From positions 1-63,418 of the forward strand of contig JAFUCZ010000004.1 in NCBI GenBank assembly GCA_017459425.1: a DNA stretch of 63,418 bases, written 5' to 3'. Position 1 is the first letter of the stretch, and the number at the start of each line of letters is the position of its first letter. This stretch comes from Bacilli bacterium. GTDB lineage: Bacteria; Bacillota_I; Bacilli_A; RF39; UBA660. Position numbers and translations under genes: made by a program. The notes beneath the pieces are model-generated. The model saw only the letters and a program-made list of their open reading frames with translations, did no database searches and was not told where the DNA came from. Positions 53,454 to 63,418 of this stretch are shown here, in pieces.

Positions 53454-56030
53454 ATGAAAAAGAGAGGTTTTACGTTAATTGAACTTTTAGCAGTTATAGT
53501 AATACTTGCTGTAATAGCAGTTATCACTATACCGCTTATTAATGATATTATTGAAAAATCAAGAATGGAGGCTTTTCGTGATACTGGTTATGGACTAGTT
53601 GAAAGTGCACATATTTATTTTGCAAAGAATTTAGAAAATACTACTGATAAAATTTTCGAATTTCCTAATAATTATGATGGTCTTCAATTTAAAGGAGAAG
53701 TTCCAAAAGGTGGGACTTTAGAAATAAATGGTAAAAAAACACAATTATTTGTATATAATTCAAAATATTGTGCTTCAAAGGGATTTACTACTGATATAGT
53801 TAGTGTAGGTAAATTAGAAACACAAGCTGATGGTAGTGTAATTGGATGCGATGTTAAATTAACTGAAGAAACTAATTGTATACAGCCAACGATACAAGTT
53901 AATCCATCAAATGATACTTGGAGTAATAAAAAGGAAGTTACGATAATTCATAATACCACATCAAAATGTGATGTAAAAGAATATAGAATAAATGGTGGAG
54001 AATGGAAAAACTATACTAATAGTATTACTCTTAATGATAATGCTTCAGTAGAAGCTAGAACTTTAAGTAGCGATAATTCATTACAAACATCACCTGTTGC
54101 TAAATTAGAAGTTAAAAAAATTGATACTGTTAAACCTAATGCTACAATTGGTTTTAATAAGCAACAAACTAGTTTAGGATTAAGTATTAATGCAACTGAT
54201 TATGCACAAAATAGTGCTTCAGAATCTGGAATAAATAATGATTCATATTTAATTAAATTAGGTGATACTAAAATATCTGAAAAAACAAATGAAGCATCTG
54301 TTAATTTAGATTTATCAAAAGAAAATGTAATTAATTACGAAGTATCAGATAACGCTTCAAATAAATATAATGGTAGTGTAAAAATAAGTGGTAATTCATC
54401 TACTAGTGGATATTGTGCTGTACCAGTAGTTACTATTGATAAAACAGGATGGCAACATGACAAAACTGCTACTTTAGAATTTAGTGATTGTGATACTCAT
54501 GAATATAGTACTGACGGTTCTACTTGGACTAGTTATACAACACCTTTAAACTTTACACAAAATACTACATTGATGGTTAGAAGTAGTAGTAATGATTCAT
54601 CAGTAGCATCAACTACAATTACTGTATATATTGATCAAATAGATGGTGTTTCACCATTTACACCTATATTAAGTTCATATAGTACTAGAGCAAAATCAAT
54701 TGACGATTTTGGTTTTGAATGTAGTACAGATAATACATCAACTACATCAAAACAAAAATGTGCAATATGGGTAAATTGTAAAGAGGGTATTGTAAATGAA
54801 AACGGAAACACTGTATGTGAAATACCATTTGATTATTCTACAAAAGATAATGATGGTGGAAGTGGTGTAACAGAAAATAAATTTAAATATAAATTTACTA
54901 TGAGTGATGGTAGTGTTGTAAATTCTAGTGATGAATGGAGTACAACATTTAATACAGGTGAAACAATTACTAAAGATATAAGTATTTATAATATTAAGTT
55001 AGCTGATTTAGTTGGTAATGAAAGTGAAGAATTAGAACTTAAAATATATTGGCACGCAACTGAAAAAGGTTCTTTAGAAGAAGCTACACAACCAGGATAT
55101 AATGTTGGAGATGTAGTATATTTTGACCCTGTTTCAGAAAATACTTGTACAAAAGATACATTTAGTAAAAGTAATGTTATATCAGGGACTTCAACTTGTT
55201 ATAGATGGAGAGTAATAAAAGATAATAATAGTGATATTACAATACAATTAGATCATAATATTGGTGATGGTGTTTATTGGATATCAAGAGCAGATTATAA
55301 TGATGATGCTAATTTTGGACATAGTACAACTACAGATGTTGTTACGCCTAATGGTAATTGTACCATATCAACAGGTCTTTATTATGGAAATACTGATAAA
55401 GGGCCAATTACAATTTTAAAAGCTTTAGCTAATAGGACTTCTTCGTGGACACGAGTTAACCTTTTAAACTATGAATATAATTCTGCTACATATGGCAAAC
55501 TAAGTTGTACTAATGGTGTTTGTAGTACAATAAAAGATAATAATGCAACAGTAATTGCAGGTTCAACAACTCCTTTACGTGCAAGATTTATCACTGGTGA
55601 AGAGGTAGCTGAAGTAACAAATACTGTTGCTGAAGAAGGAGCTATATCTAAAACATGGTCAGAAACTCCTGCACAGTACTGTTTTGCTTGTCAAAGAAAA
55701 CGAATAGGGACAAATACTACAATTGCTAAAGGAGAACCAGATGCTGCTGATACATTGGCATGGTTAATCGAAAATACAGATACATTTACTAATTATTCAA
55801 CTGCAAATGAATATGGAGATGCTACTCCTGGTTATTGGACTCTTTCTTCTAGGAATTATGCATATAAACGTTCTGGAAATTCAAGTACATATATATGGCA
55901 AGTTAGATACAATGGTCAAGTTGTTGCACAAACGTCAGCAGATCATGAACATTGTTTAGTACCTGATGTTGGAGTTAGACCAGTAATAACTATTGAAAAA
56001 AGTAAAGCAAGTTATTCTGGAGTTGAATAA
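53454..56030 (+). CDS. large prepilin-type N-terminal cleavage/methylation domain protein (858 aa)
   Basis: MKKRGFTLIELLAVIVILAVI signal, two internal ~80-aa repeats, and a C-terminal module YWTLSS...VGVRPVITIEKS. Confidence 0.88.
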   Translation: MKKRGFTLIELLAVIVILAVIAVITIPLINDIIEKSRMEAFRDTGYGLVESAHIYFAKNLENTTDKIFEFPNNYDGLQFKGEVPKGGTLEINGKKTQLFVYNSKYCASKGFTTDIVSVGKLETQADGSVIGCDVKLTEETNCIQPTIQVNPSNDTWSNKKEVTIIHNTTSKCDVKEYRINGGEWKNYTNSITLNDNASVEARTLSSDNSLQTSPVAKLEVKKIDTVKPNATIGFNKQQTSLGLSINATDYAQNSASESGINNDSYLIKLGDTKISEKTNEASVNLDLSKENVINYEVSDNASNKYNGSVKISGNSSTSGYCAVPVVTIDKTGWQHDKTATLEFSDCDTHEYSTDGSTWTSYTTPLNFTQNTTLMVRSSSNDSSVASTTITVYIDQIDGVSPFTPILSSYSTRAKSIDDFGFECSTDNTSTTSKQKCAIWVNCKEGIVNENGNTVCEIPFDYSTKDNDGGSGVTENKFKYKFTMSDGSVVNSSDEWSTTFNTGETITKDISIYNIKLADLVGNESEELELKIYWHATEKGSLEEATQPGYNVGDVVYFDPVSENTCTKDTFSKSNVISGTSTCYRWRVIKDNNSDITIQLDHNIGDGVYWISRADYNDDANFGHSTTTDVVTPNGNCTISTGLYYGNTDKGPITILKALANRTSSWTRVNLLNYEYNSATYGKLSCTNGVCSTIKDNNATVIAGSTTPLRARFITGEEVAEVTNTVAEEGAISKTWSETPAQYCFACQRKRIGTNTTIAKGEPDAADTLAWLIENTDTFTNYSTANEYGDATPGYWTLSSRNYAYKRSGNSSTYIWQVRYNGQVVAQTSADHEHCLVPDVGVRPVITIEKSKASYSGVE

Positions 56031-56154
56031 AATTTAATAAAAATAGTTGATTTAACATAAATTTTAGTGTATATTATATATGTACTTATTTCTTGGATGT
56101 CGACTCTCCGACGATATCTATGATTTAAGCGAATAATATGTAAGGAGGATAATT

Positions 56155-56424
56155 ATGGCATTAAAAAAAGAAGTTAAAGATTCAATTGTTAAGAAATATG
56201 CTAGACATGAAGGAGACACTGGTTCTGCTGAAGTACAAATAGCTATTTTAACACAAGAAATCAAAGATTTAACTGAACATTTAAAAGTTCATAAACATGA
56301 TTTCCATTCTAGAAGAGGACTACTTAAGAAAGTAGGTCAAAGACGTAGTTTACTTAATTATTTAATTAAAACTGATGTTTCTAGATATAGAGAAATCGTT
56401 AAATCATTAGGACTTAGAAAGTAA
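56155..56424 (+). CDS. rpsO: 30S ribosomal protein S15
   Basis: 89 aa, [11 protein letters not shown]...[23 protein letters not shown]. Confidence 0.97.
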   Translation: MALKKEVKDSIVKKYARHEGDTGSAEVQIAILTQEIKDLTEHLKVHKHDFHSRRGLLKKVGQRRSLLNYLIKTDVSRYREIVKSLGLRK

Positions 56425-56437
56425 TTTAAAAATAAGT

Positions 56438-56468
56438 AAGGCACTATTTTTTAGTGTCTTTATTTTTT
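56438..56468 (+). terminator. intrinsic terminator of rpsO
   Basis: AAGGCACT-loop-AGTGTCTT hairpin followed by a T-rich tract. Confidence 0.65.
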
Positions 56469-56478
56469 GGAGGTGCAT

Positions 56479-56799
56479 ATGAAATATAATATAAATGACG
56501 TTTATTTTGTATCAGTATATGTGATAAAAGAGTATAATTTTCTAGATGATAATACTTTAAAAGGTAAAGCTAAATTCTTAAAAAACACTGTTGTATGTAA
56601 AAATCATTTAATCCCAACTAGATATATAGATATTTATACAAATGAAAGTTATGGTATAATGGGTGAAGATATGCCAAGTGTAGGTGAAGCACAAATAAAT
56701 ATTGATACACTTGATCCAATTACAAATCATGTAGATATTGAAAAAATAAAGTTATCAAGAAATAAAATAATGAAGAAGGTTAGAGGAGTGAAGAAATGA
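56479..56799 (+). CDS. hypothetical protein (106 aa) overlapping the pnp start
   Basis: RBS GGAGGTG. Its stop overlaps the pnp ATG (ATGA). Confidence 0.55.
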   Translation: MKYNINDVYFVSVYVIKEYNFLDDNTLKGKAKFLKNTVVCKNHLIPTRYIDIYTNESYGIMGEDMPSVGEAQINIDTLDPITNHVDIEKIKLSRNKIMKKVRGVKK

Positions 56800-58928
56800 A
56801 AAAAGTATTTGAATTAGATTTTAGAGGAAGAAAAATAATTGTAGAACATGGTGAACTTGCTAAACAAGCACATGGAGCAGTACTTGTTAGATATGGTGAT
56901 ACTGTAGTTTTATCTACAGCTGTTGTTAGTAAAAATGCTAATATATTGTCTGATTTTTTTCCATTAATGGTTTTATATCAAGAAAAGTTATATTCTGTTG
57001 GTAAAATACCAGGTGGATTTATAAAAAGAGAAGGAAGACCTACTGAAAATGCTACTTTGGCTGCTCGTATGATTGATAGACCTATGAGACCAATGTTCCC
57101 AGAAAACTTTAGAAATGAAGTACAAGTAGTAAATACAATATTATCTGTTGATCAAGATAATTCACCAGAAATGACAGCTATGTTTGGTTCAAGTTTAGCT
57201 ACATGTATTAGTAAAATACCTTTTGATGGACCAATTGCTGGAGTTAAAGTTGGTAGAGTAAATGGTGAATTTATTATTAATCCAACTGTAGAGCAGTTAG
57301 AACAATCAGATATTGATTTAACTGTTGCTGGTACAAAGGATGCTATTAATATGGTTGAAAGTGGAGCTAGTGAAGTATCGGAAGATGATATGTTAGAAGC
57401 TCTTATGTTTGGACATGAAGCTATAAAAGAATTATGTGAATTTGAGCAAAAAATAATCGATGAAATTGGCGAAACTAAAATGGAATATGAAGTTTTAGAT
57501 ATAACAGATGATTTAAGAGATAAGGTCGATATTTTACTTAGAGAAGATTTAAGTAAAGCAATGCATTCTGATTTAGAAAAATTAGCAAAATATGAATTAA
57601 TTGAATCTACTAAGGAAAATGTTGTCGAAAAAATAAAAGAAGAAAATTTAGATTTAGATAATGATGAGTTAAATGTATTACTTACTAAAGTAAAATTAGT
57701 AATTGCTGATATTGAATATGATATTTTTAGAAATATAGTTGTAAAAGAACACACTCGTGCTGATGGAAGAAAAATGGATGAAATAAGACCTTTATCTACT
57801 GATATTGATTTACTTCCTAGAACTCATGGTAGTGCATTATTTACTCGTGGACAAACTCAAGCTTTAGGTGTAGTAACTCTTGGAGCACTAGGTGAACATC
57901 AAATACTTGATGGACTTGGTATTGAAGATGAAAAGAGATTTATGTTGCATTATAACTTTCCACAATTTTCTGTTGGTGAAACAGGACGATATGGCGCACC
58001 AGGACGTCGTGAAGTTGGACATGGCGCATTAGGTGAAAGAGCTTTAGCGCAAGTAATCCCATCAGAAGAAGAATTTCCATATACTATACGTGTAGTATCT
58101 GAAATTTTAGAATCTAATGGTTCATCTTCACAAGCAAGTATTTGTGCAGGATGTATGGCACTTATGGCAGCAGGTGTACCTATTAAAGCACCAGTTGCGG
58201 GTATCGCAATGGGCTTAATTACTAGCGGAGAAGATTATACAATATTAACTGATATTCAAGGTATGGAAGACCATTTAGGAGATATGGATTTTAAAGTTGC
58301 AGGTACAGAAAAAGGTATTTGTGCACTTCAAATGGATATTAAAATTAAAGGAATTACAAAACAAATTTTAAAAGAAGCTTTAGCGCAAGCTAAGGTAGCT
58401 CGTTTACAAATCCTTGATGTAATTAAAAATCAAATAGCTGAACCTAGAAAAGAAGTAAGTAAATATGCTCCAAAAACACTTACATTTATGATTGATCCTA
58501 ATAAGATAAAAGATGTAATTGGTAAAGGTGGAGAAATGATTACTAAAATTATTCTTGAAGCAAGTGGTGTAGATACTGTAACAGATGTAAATGCTGTTAA
58601 AGTTGATTTAGAAGATGATGGAAGAGTAATTATATACCACACTAATCAAGAAATAATTAATAAAACTGCTGAAATGATTAAGGATATAGTTAGAACTGTA
58701 GAAGATGGTGCGATTTATTCTGGAAAAGTTGTTAAAGTAGAAGACTTTGGATGCTTTGTAGAATTATGGCCTGGAACTGAAGGTTTAGTACATGTATCAC
58801 ATTTAGCAAAAGAAAGAGTAGAACATCCTAGTGATGTTGTTAAAGTAGGAGACGAAATACTTGTTAAGTCTTTAGGATATGATAAAAGAGGAAGACTTAA
58901 TTTATCTAGAAAAGAAGCAATAAAATAA
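56796..58928 (+). CDS. pnp: polyribonucleotide nucleotidyltransferase (PNPase)
   Basis: 710 aa with two RNase PH domains, a KH domain ([11 protein letters not shown]) and an S1 domain ([15 protein letters not shown]). Confidence 0.97.
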   Translation: MKKVFELDFRGRKIIVEHGELAKQAHGAVLVRYGDTVVLSTAVVSKNANILSDFFPLMVLYQEKLYSVGKIPGGFIKREGRPTENATLAARMIDRPMRPMFPENFRNEVQVVNTILSVDQDNSPEMTAMFGSSLATCISKIPFDGPIAGVKVGRVNGEFIINPTVEQLEQSDIDLTVAGTKDAINMVESGASEVSEDDMLEALMFGHEAIKELCEFEQKIIDEIGETKMEYEVLDITDDLRDKVDILLREDLSKAMHSDLEKLAKYELIESTKENVVEKIKEENLDLDNDELNVLLTKVKLVIADIEYDIFRNIVVKEHTRADGRKMDEIRPLSTDIDLLPRTHGSALFTRGQTQALGVVTLGALGEHQILDGLGIEDEKRFMLHYNFPQFSVGETGRYGAPGRREVGHGALGERALAQVIPSEEEFPYTIRVVSEILESNGSSSQASICAGCMALMAAGVPIKAPVAGIAMGLITSGEDYTILTDIQGMEDHLGDMDFKVAGTEKGICALQMDIKIKGITKQILKEALAQAKVARLQILDVIKNQIAEPRKEVSKYAPKTLTFMIDPNKIKDVIGKGGEMITKIILEASGVDTVTDVNAVKVDLEDDGRVIIYHTNQEIINKTAEMIKDIVRTVEDGAIYSGKVVKVEDFGCFVELWPGTEGLVHVSHLAKERVEHPSDVVKVGDEILVKSLGYDKRGRLNLSRKEAIK

Positions 58929-58977
58929 TTGCTTTTTTTGTATATGTTTGTTATTATATTTTCTAAAAGGTGATACT

Positions 58978-59997
58978 ATGGGTGAAAAATTTATTGAAAT
59001 TTTAAGTTTTTTAGATGACAGAAGAGATGTCTATTATGAATTGTTTAGTAAAATTAGAATGAATTATAATTTTGAAAATTTTTATGATGATTTTACTCCT
59101 GAAAAATATGGCGTTAAAGAAAATGAAATTTTTAAATTAATGTATAATGAAGATTTTTTAAACGACATTTCAAATCAATTAATAGATACTCAAGTTGAGT
59201 ATGAAAACAATATTAAAACACTTATGAATGATTTAAAAAATAAGAATAAAAATGAATATGAATTGTTAATTACAATGATGTATCATGATCAATGTATATT
59301 GTTAAATACGTGTGATGTATTATTTAAAGATGTTAATTTAGAAGTTTTAAAAGAATTAATGGATAAAATAAAAACAAAAGAAGATTTGTTTAAAATAGCT
59401 GAAGAAGATGAATCAATACTTCATGATATGATAGTGTTTTTTATAGATTTTTATGAATATGATTATTTTGATAAAAGGAAAAAGATACTTGAATCTAAAA
59501 ATTTAAATTCATATTTTAAAAAAATATATGATTATAATTTAATTGATGTTTTATATTATACTAAAAAATATAATATTGCTGATTTAGTTTTAATGTGTAA
59601 AGATATAGATTTTATAAATGGATATCGTTTTAACTGTGATGTTATAGATGAATTATCAGGAAAAATGTCAGATTTGTATTATTCAGATGTTGATAATGCA
59701 TTTGAATTAATGACTTCATTAATAAATAGATATTATAAATATTTATTATATGATGTGGATCATAAAAATAGCAATGATTTAAAAAATAAATTGTATGATA
59801 TTATTAATGAATTTGATTTAGAAAATATTTGTTCTCAAATATATAATAATGAATTATATTTGAATCAAATTGTAAAGTATTTCTATTATGATTACTTTTT
59901 ATACGATTCATATTTTAAAGAAGATGTTGATCAGTATTTTGTATCTAAAAATACTGATAAATTTAACAAAAAATTTAAAGTAAAAAAAATTAATTAA
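58978..59997 (+). CDS. hypothetical protein (339 aa)
   Basis: Long ORF with ATG 58978 behind AAAGGTG. Confidence 0.65.
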   Translation: MGEKFIEILSFLDDRRDVYYELFSKIRMNYNFENFYDDFTPEKYGVKENEIFKLMYNEDFLNDISNQLIDTQVEYENNIKTLMNDLKNKNKNEYELLITMMYHDQCILLNTCDVLFKDVNLEVLKELMDKIKTKEDLFKIAEEDESILHDMIVFFIDFYEYDYFDKRKKILESKNLNSYFKKIYDYNLIDVLYYTKKYNIADLVLMCKDIDFINGYRFNCDVIDELSGKMSDLYYSDVDNAFELMTSLINRYYKYLLYDVDHKNSNDLKNKLYDIINEFDLENICSQIYNNELYLNQIVKYFYYDYFLYDSYFKEDVDQYFVSKNTDKFNKKFKVKKIN

Positions 59998-60060
59998 TAA
60001 AAAAATGACTAGTAAAAAGTAGTTATTTGTGATATCATTAAATAAGAATAGGATGGTATT

Positions 60061-60363
60061 ATGGATTTACTTATTATAGTCATTTTTATTTTAATAATTG
60101 TTTGTTGGTTTAGAAAATTTAGTAGTTTTATTTATGCTTTAGCAATAATTGATATATTTTTACGTATTATATCTTTTGTAGCGCATAATATTGGTGTTAA
60201 AGAAATATCTTCATTTTTAATTAAATACGTACCAAAATCTATACCTAGTGTAATTGATGCATATTCTTCTGGAATATTAAATTCAATTTTATTATGGGGA
60301 TTTGTAATATGTTATGGAATATTTGAATTTTATATTATAAAAACATTTATTCATAAAAGATAA
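60061..60363 (+). CDS. small integral membrane protein (100 aa)
   Basis: Three predicted TM helices. Confidence 0.6.
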   Translation: MDLLIIVIFILIIVCWFRKFSSFIYALAIIDIFLRIISFVAHNIGVKEISSFLIKYVPKSIPSVIDAYSSGILNSILLWGFVICYGIFEFYIIKTFIHKR

Positions 60364-60439
60364 TTTTGTACATTGTATTTACAAATATAATGTGCTATAA
60401 TTATTTTAGAATAAAAAGAATAGAAAAGGGGCTAGATGC

Positions 60440-60805
60440 ATGAGTAATATACACGTGTATAATAACATAACTGGTACTTCGCTTCATTTAGCGCCAGGTG
60501 AAAGATTTTATAATTTATATTTAAATTGTTATAATGATTTAGATTTAAGTGCTTTATATCAAGTAGATAGTAAAGTTAGAAATGTAAAAAGATTAGAAGA
60601 TTTAGAGTCTGCTTATAAAAAATTAAGGGAAACAGAAAATGAAATGAATTCTCTTTATATAGAAAGACATACTCAACTACAAAAATTTATTGATTATCAG
60701 GTAAGTATAGACAAAAAATTAATAGGGATGCAACAAGTTAAAAATAATTTGTGGAATGTTATTAAAGAAAATATAAATGAGATAGAAAGAGATAGACATG
60801 AATAA
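60440..60805 (+). CDS. hypothetical protein (121 aa)
   Basis: RBS AAAGGGG. Overlaps the next ORF by 8 nt. Confidence 0.6.
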   Translation: MSNIHVYNNITGTSLHLAPGERFYNLYLNCYNDLDLSALYQVDSKVRNVKRLEDLESAYKKLRETENEMNSLYIERHTQLQKFIDYQVSIDKKLIGMQQVKNNLWNVIKENINEIERDRHE

Positions 60806-61055
60806 TAAGATATTTGCTCGTAAAAATGATGGTACACTTGTTAGTTATGATTTATTATTAACTTTTACAAGTGATATTGATGGTAATAATTATTTTGTTT
60901 ATACTGATAATGTAGTTGATAATGGAAATAAATTAAGATTATATGCTGGTATTTATGATCCAAATGAAGCAGGTAAATATTTAGGTGAACCTAATACTAC
61001 TGCGCAATGGCAAGAAATACTTAGTGTTTTAGATAGAGTATATTTGGGGAAATAG
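60798..61055 (+). CDS. DUF1292-family protein
   Basis: YDLLLTFTSDIDGNNYFVYTDN...LRLYAGIYDP pattern. Confidence 0.65.
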   Translation: MNNKIFARKNDGTLVSYDLLLTFTSDIDGNNYFVYTDNVVDNGNKLRLYAGIYDPNEAGKYLGEPNTTAQWQEILSVLDRVYLGK

Positions 61056-61088
61056 TATCGTTAAGATACTTTTTTAGAAGGTGGTAAA

Positions 61089-63191
61089 ATGTCAAAAAAA
61101 TATTTAAAAGTTGCTGGTATTATTAATATTATTTTTGGGAGCATATTTATATTATCAATAATTGGATTTATTATTGGTGTTCCACTTTTAATAAATGGTA
61201 TTTTGTTTGAGGAATACTCTAGATTAGATGATGAAAAATTAAAAACAAAGAAAAATAATATTCTTGTTTGGAGTATTGTATTATTACTTTTTAATGTTAT
61301 AACGGCTGTAATAGGTTTTATAGCATATGAAAAAATTGATGAGAAAGAAGAAGCTGTTAATGCTGAAGTCAAACGATTAGATTTATTATTAAAGTTTGGA
61401 GTATTAATGGTATGTTTTGCAGGTATTGCATTTGCTACTACTTCATGGGATATAATAGATAATGAAATAAAAACAATTAGTTTGCTTATTTTTAGTGCAT
61501 TTTTCTTTATTTTATATATTATTAGTAGTAAATTTATAAAAATTAAAAGTACAAGTATAACGTATTATATTTTAGGATGGCTATTTATAATTTTTAGTTA
61601 TATTTCTGTTATTTATTTTAATATAGGTGGAATTACTTTTGGAAAAATATCTATGTCAGTTATGTTTTTATTAATTGCAGCTTGTTCATACATCACTCAT
61701 GTTAAATTTTCAAGTGACGTGTTATTACATATAAGTATAATATCAGTTTTAGTAAGTTTATTTTTATTTGTATTTGAGTATTTAACTATTGGTTATAGTT
61801 TAATTATCTTAGCGCTTATTAGTGTTTTAGGAAATGTTTTATCAAATAAAAAAATTGATTTTGATATATCTTTATATGCTACATCTTTTGCAGCTGTATT
61901 AGCAATCTTATTTTCAGATGTTAGTTCTATTGAAAGAATAATTTTAACTATAATTATTATATGTACTTTATTTATTAAGGCATATGATACAAATAAAAAT
62001 GTTTATAATATATTATTTTTAATAGTTTCGTATGCTATTGTATTATCTAATTTTTCAAATTGTGATTTAACAAGTACTATTTATATTTGTATTTCTGGTG
62101 CTTTAATGTCAATTAGTTTATTAGAATTATCATTTGATAATAAAAATTCATTTATTGTAAGTACACTTATTTCGAATTTGATATTGTTTGTAATATATTT
62201 AACACAAATAGGTGAGACTAATTGTTATTATTTAAATCTAATTATTGCCTTATTTATGATAATTCCGACTTTAATTGGTAAAATAATAGATAAAAGTAAT
62301 GAATTATGTGAATTAATAGAACCTATACAAGTTGCTGCTATAATAGAAGGTATTAGGTATTGTATGTCTCCGTATATAGATGTTTATAATAATAATTTTT
62401 CATTTGTTACACCTTTAATTTTAAGTATTATTAGCTTATTTAAAACTAAAGAATTAAATAAAAATTCATATTATGTTGTTACTTTAGTTATGATTGCATT
62501 TTTATTCTATACTGCTAATTTACCAAGTTTATTTTCATTTATATTAATTAGTTTTATGATTTATGTAAAAGAATATATGAATAGAGAAAAAAGTAATACA
62601 TATATAGTTGCATATGTAGCAATGCTTTTTATAACATTTAATTCATTAAATATAATTGGTGAAAAGTATGATATTTTACTTCCAATTTCATTAATTCAAA
62701 TAGGTTTATTTATAATTTATTCGTTAATTAATAATAATAAAATTTTAAAAAATTTAACTTTATTTATTATATATATTCCATATTTAAATTTAAGAAATTC
62801 ATTAGAATTACATGAAAATGTAGTATTTGCGTGTGACTATGCAATTATAGTTTATTATTCATTACTAATATCTAGTTTTATTAAAAATACTAATGATAAA
62901 AAAGTATTTATAACTATAGCACTTTCTATGATAAATTTAAGTTTAATAATATCTAATAATCCTATATCAGGAATACTAGCTGGTATTATTTCACTTGCAG
63001 CTATTTATGTTGGATTTTTTAAAGAAGAATATGATGTTTTATATAAAGCTGGATTTATTTTAGGAGTTATTAATATTATTTATAAGTTAAGAGATATATG
63101 GAGTGAAATACCTTTTTGGGCATATTTACTTATTGCAGGATTTAGTATAATATTATTTGTAACTTATAAACAATTTAAAAGTAAAAAATGA
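61089..63191 (+). CDS. large polytopic membrane protein (700 aa), unknown function
   Basis: About 20 hydrophobic segments. RBS AAGGTGG. Confidence 0.75.
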   Translation: MSKKYLKVAGIINIIFGSIFILSIIGFIIGVPLLINGILFEEYSRLDDEKLKTKKNNILVWSIVLLLFNVITAVIGFIAYEKIDEKEEAVNAEVKRLDLLLKFGVLMVCFAGIAFATTSWDIIDNEIKTISLLIFSAFFFILYIISSKFIKIKSTSITYYILGWLFIIFSYISVIYFNIGGITFGKISMSVMFLLIAACSYITHVKFSSDVLLHISIISVLVSLFLFVFEYLTIGYSLIILALISVLGNVLSNKKIDFDISLYATSFAAVLAILFSDVSSIERIILTIIIICTLFIKAYDTNKNVYNILFLIVSYAIVLSNFSNCDLTSTIYICISGALMSISLLELSFDNKNSFIVSTLISNLILFVIYLTQIGETNCYYLNLIIALFMIIPTLIGKIIDKSNELCELIEPIQVAAIIEGIRYCMSPYIDVYNNNFSFVTPLILSIISLFKTKELNKNSYYVVTLVMIAFLFYTANLPSLFSFILISFMIYVKEYMNREKSNTYIVAYVAMLFITFNSLNIIGEKYDILLPISLIQIGLFIIYSLINNNKILKNLTLFIIYIPYLNLRNSLELHENVVFACDYAIIVYYSLLISSFIKNTNDKKVFITIALSMINLSLIISNNPISGILAGIISLAAIYVGFFKEEYDVLYKAGFILGVINIIYKLRDIWSEIPFWAYLLIAGFSIILFVTYKQFKSKK

Positions 63192-63279
63192 TAAAAAACC
63201 ACACTAATATGAAGTGAACCCTATTTTGGACACTTTAAAAAAAGACGTTTTTAATATAAAATAACATTTCAAGAAAGGG

Positions 63280-63403
63280 CTCTAAAAACTTCAGTGGGAA
63301 AAAATAAAGAATAGTCTCCGAACTTCAGTGGGGTCTATAAGTATATTAAATCTACAAGTTTTATTGGGGCACGTGGTAGAAAAAACTACAACTTTTAGTG
63401 GGG
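63280..63403 (+). repeat. four degenerate tandem copies of CTnnnAACTTnAGTGGGG with a 34-36-bp period
   Basis: Copies start at 63280, 63316, 63352 and 63386. The last lies in the loop and 3' arm of a hairpin plus T-run. The array is cut by the window edge. Confidence 0.6.
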
Positions 63404-63418
63404 TTGTAGTTTTTTTAA

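Noticed and set aside
56090-56154. An rpsO 5' leader hairpin (GAT-GTCG-ACTCTC-CGAC-GAT-ATC) as an S15 autoregulatory element.
   Set aside because: This is plausible from biology, because S15 represses its own mRNA in several phyla. The structure is short and I cannot match it to a defined Rfam S15 leader by eye, so it is not reported as a feature.
57152-57754. Long antisense ORFs listed in the track: 57152-57754, 36286-35885, 27428-27763, 44377-44778, 61061-61372, 51977-52282, 515-748, 3469-3705 and others.
   Set aside because: Each lies entirely inside a well-supported gene on the opposite strand. The translations are low-complexity and rich in S, I, L and F, with no RBS or motif. This is the typical shadow frame of AT-rich, codon-biased genes.
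63280-63403. The edge repeat as a CRISPR array.
   Set aside because: The period is only about 36 bp with an 18-bp degenerate core, which leaves about 18-bp spacers. The copies are imperfect and no cas genes are present. This is not CRISPR-like.

Overview
This is a 63.4-kb, very AT-rich window from a low-GC Gram-positive (Bacillota-type) chromosome. The genetic code is standard: Trp is TGG throughout, and TAA, TAG and TGA all terminate well-conserved genes. No rRNA, complete tRNA or CRISPR array was seen. From about 0.9 to 20.3 kb there is an accessory island. It holds a tyrosine integrase, a 4-gene operon of unknown function that includes a very acidic 79-aa protein, and a type I R-M operon (unknown 149-aa ORF, hsdR, hsdM). 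The R-M specificity locus is invertible: two full hsdS genes lie in inverted orientation around a tyrosine recombinase, with a third silent half-cassette. The island continues with an XRE / ArpU-like regulatory block and two overlapping large serine recombinases that end 55 nt upstream of the rbgA start codon. The remainder is mostly core: rbgA-mrnC-rlmB-sigH-like, a XerC/D-like recombinase, ppdK, a TetR regulator with a MacB-type ABC exporter, cdd, flavodoxin and an Smr protein. Further core genes are miaB, a HerA/DUF853-like ATPase, a T-box-controlled gatCAB-aspS operon, truB, rpsO, pnp and several membrane or unknown proteins. Points worth a second look: (1) the hsdS shufflon, with 33-, 57- and 47-bp inverted repeats; (2) an HTH + P-loop + CYTH fusion protein paired with a deoxyribosyltransferase-like protein in a small accessory patch that also carries decayed Bro-N and XRE genes; (3) two adjacent genes (miaB and DUF853) each interrupted by an in-frame TAA, with the conserved C-terminus continuing in frame; (4) a dinJ-yafQ cassette flanked by 34-bp direct repeats that duplicate the aspS terminator; (5) three dispersed orphan prepilin-type proteins, two of which share a module ending in V-R-P-V that also opens a single-module Clp-like AAA+ protein; (6) a ~36-bp-period degenerate repeat at the right edge. 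All functional calls come from motif recognition by eye; no database search was possible.
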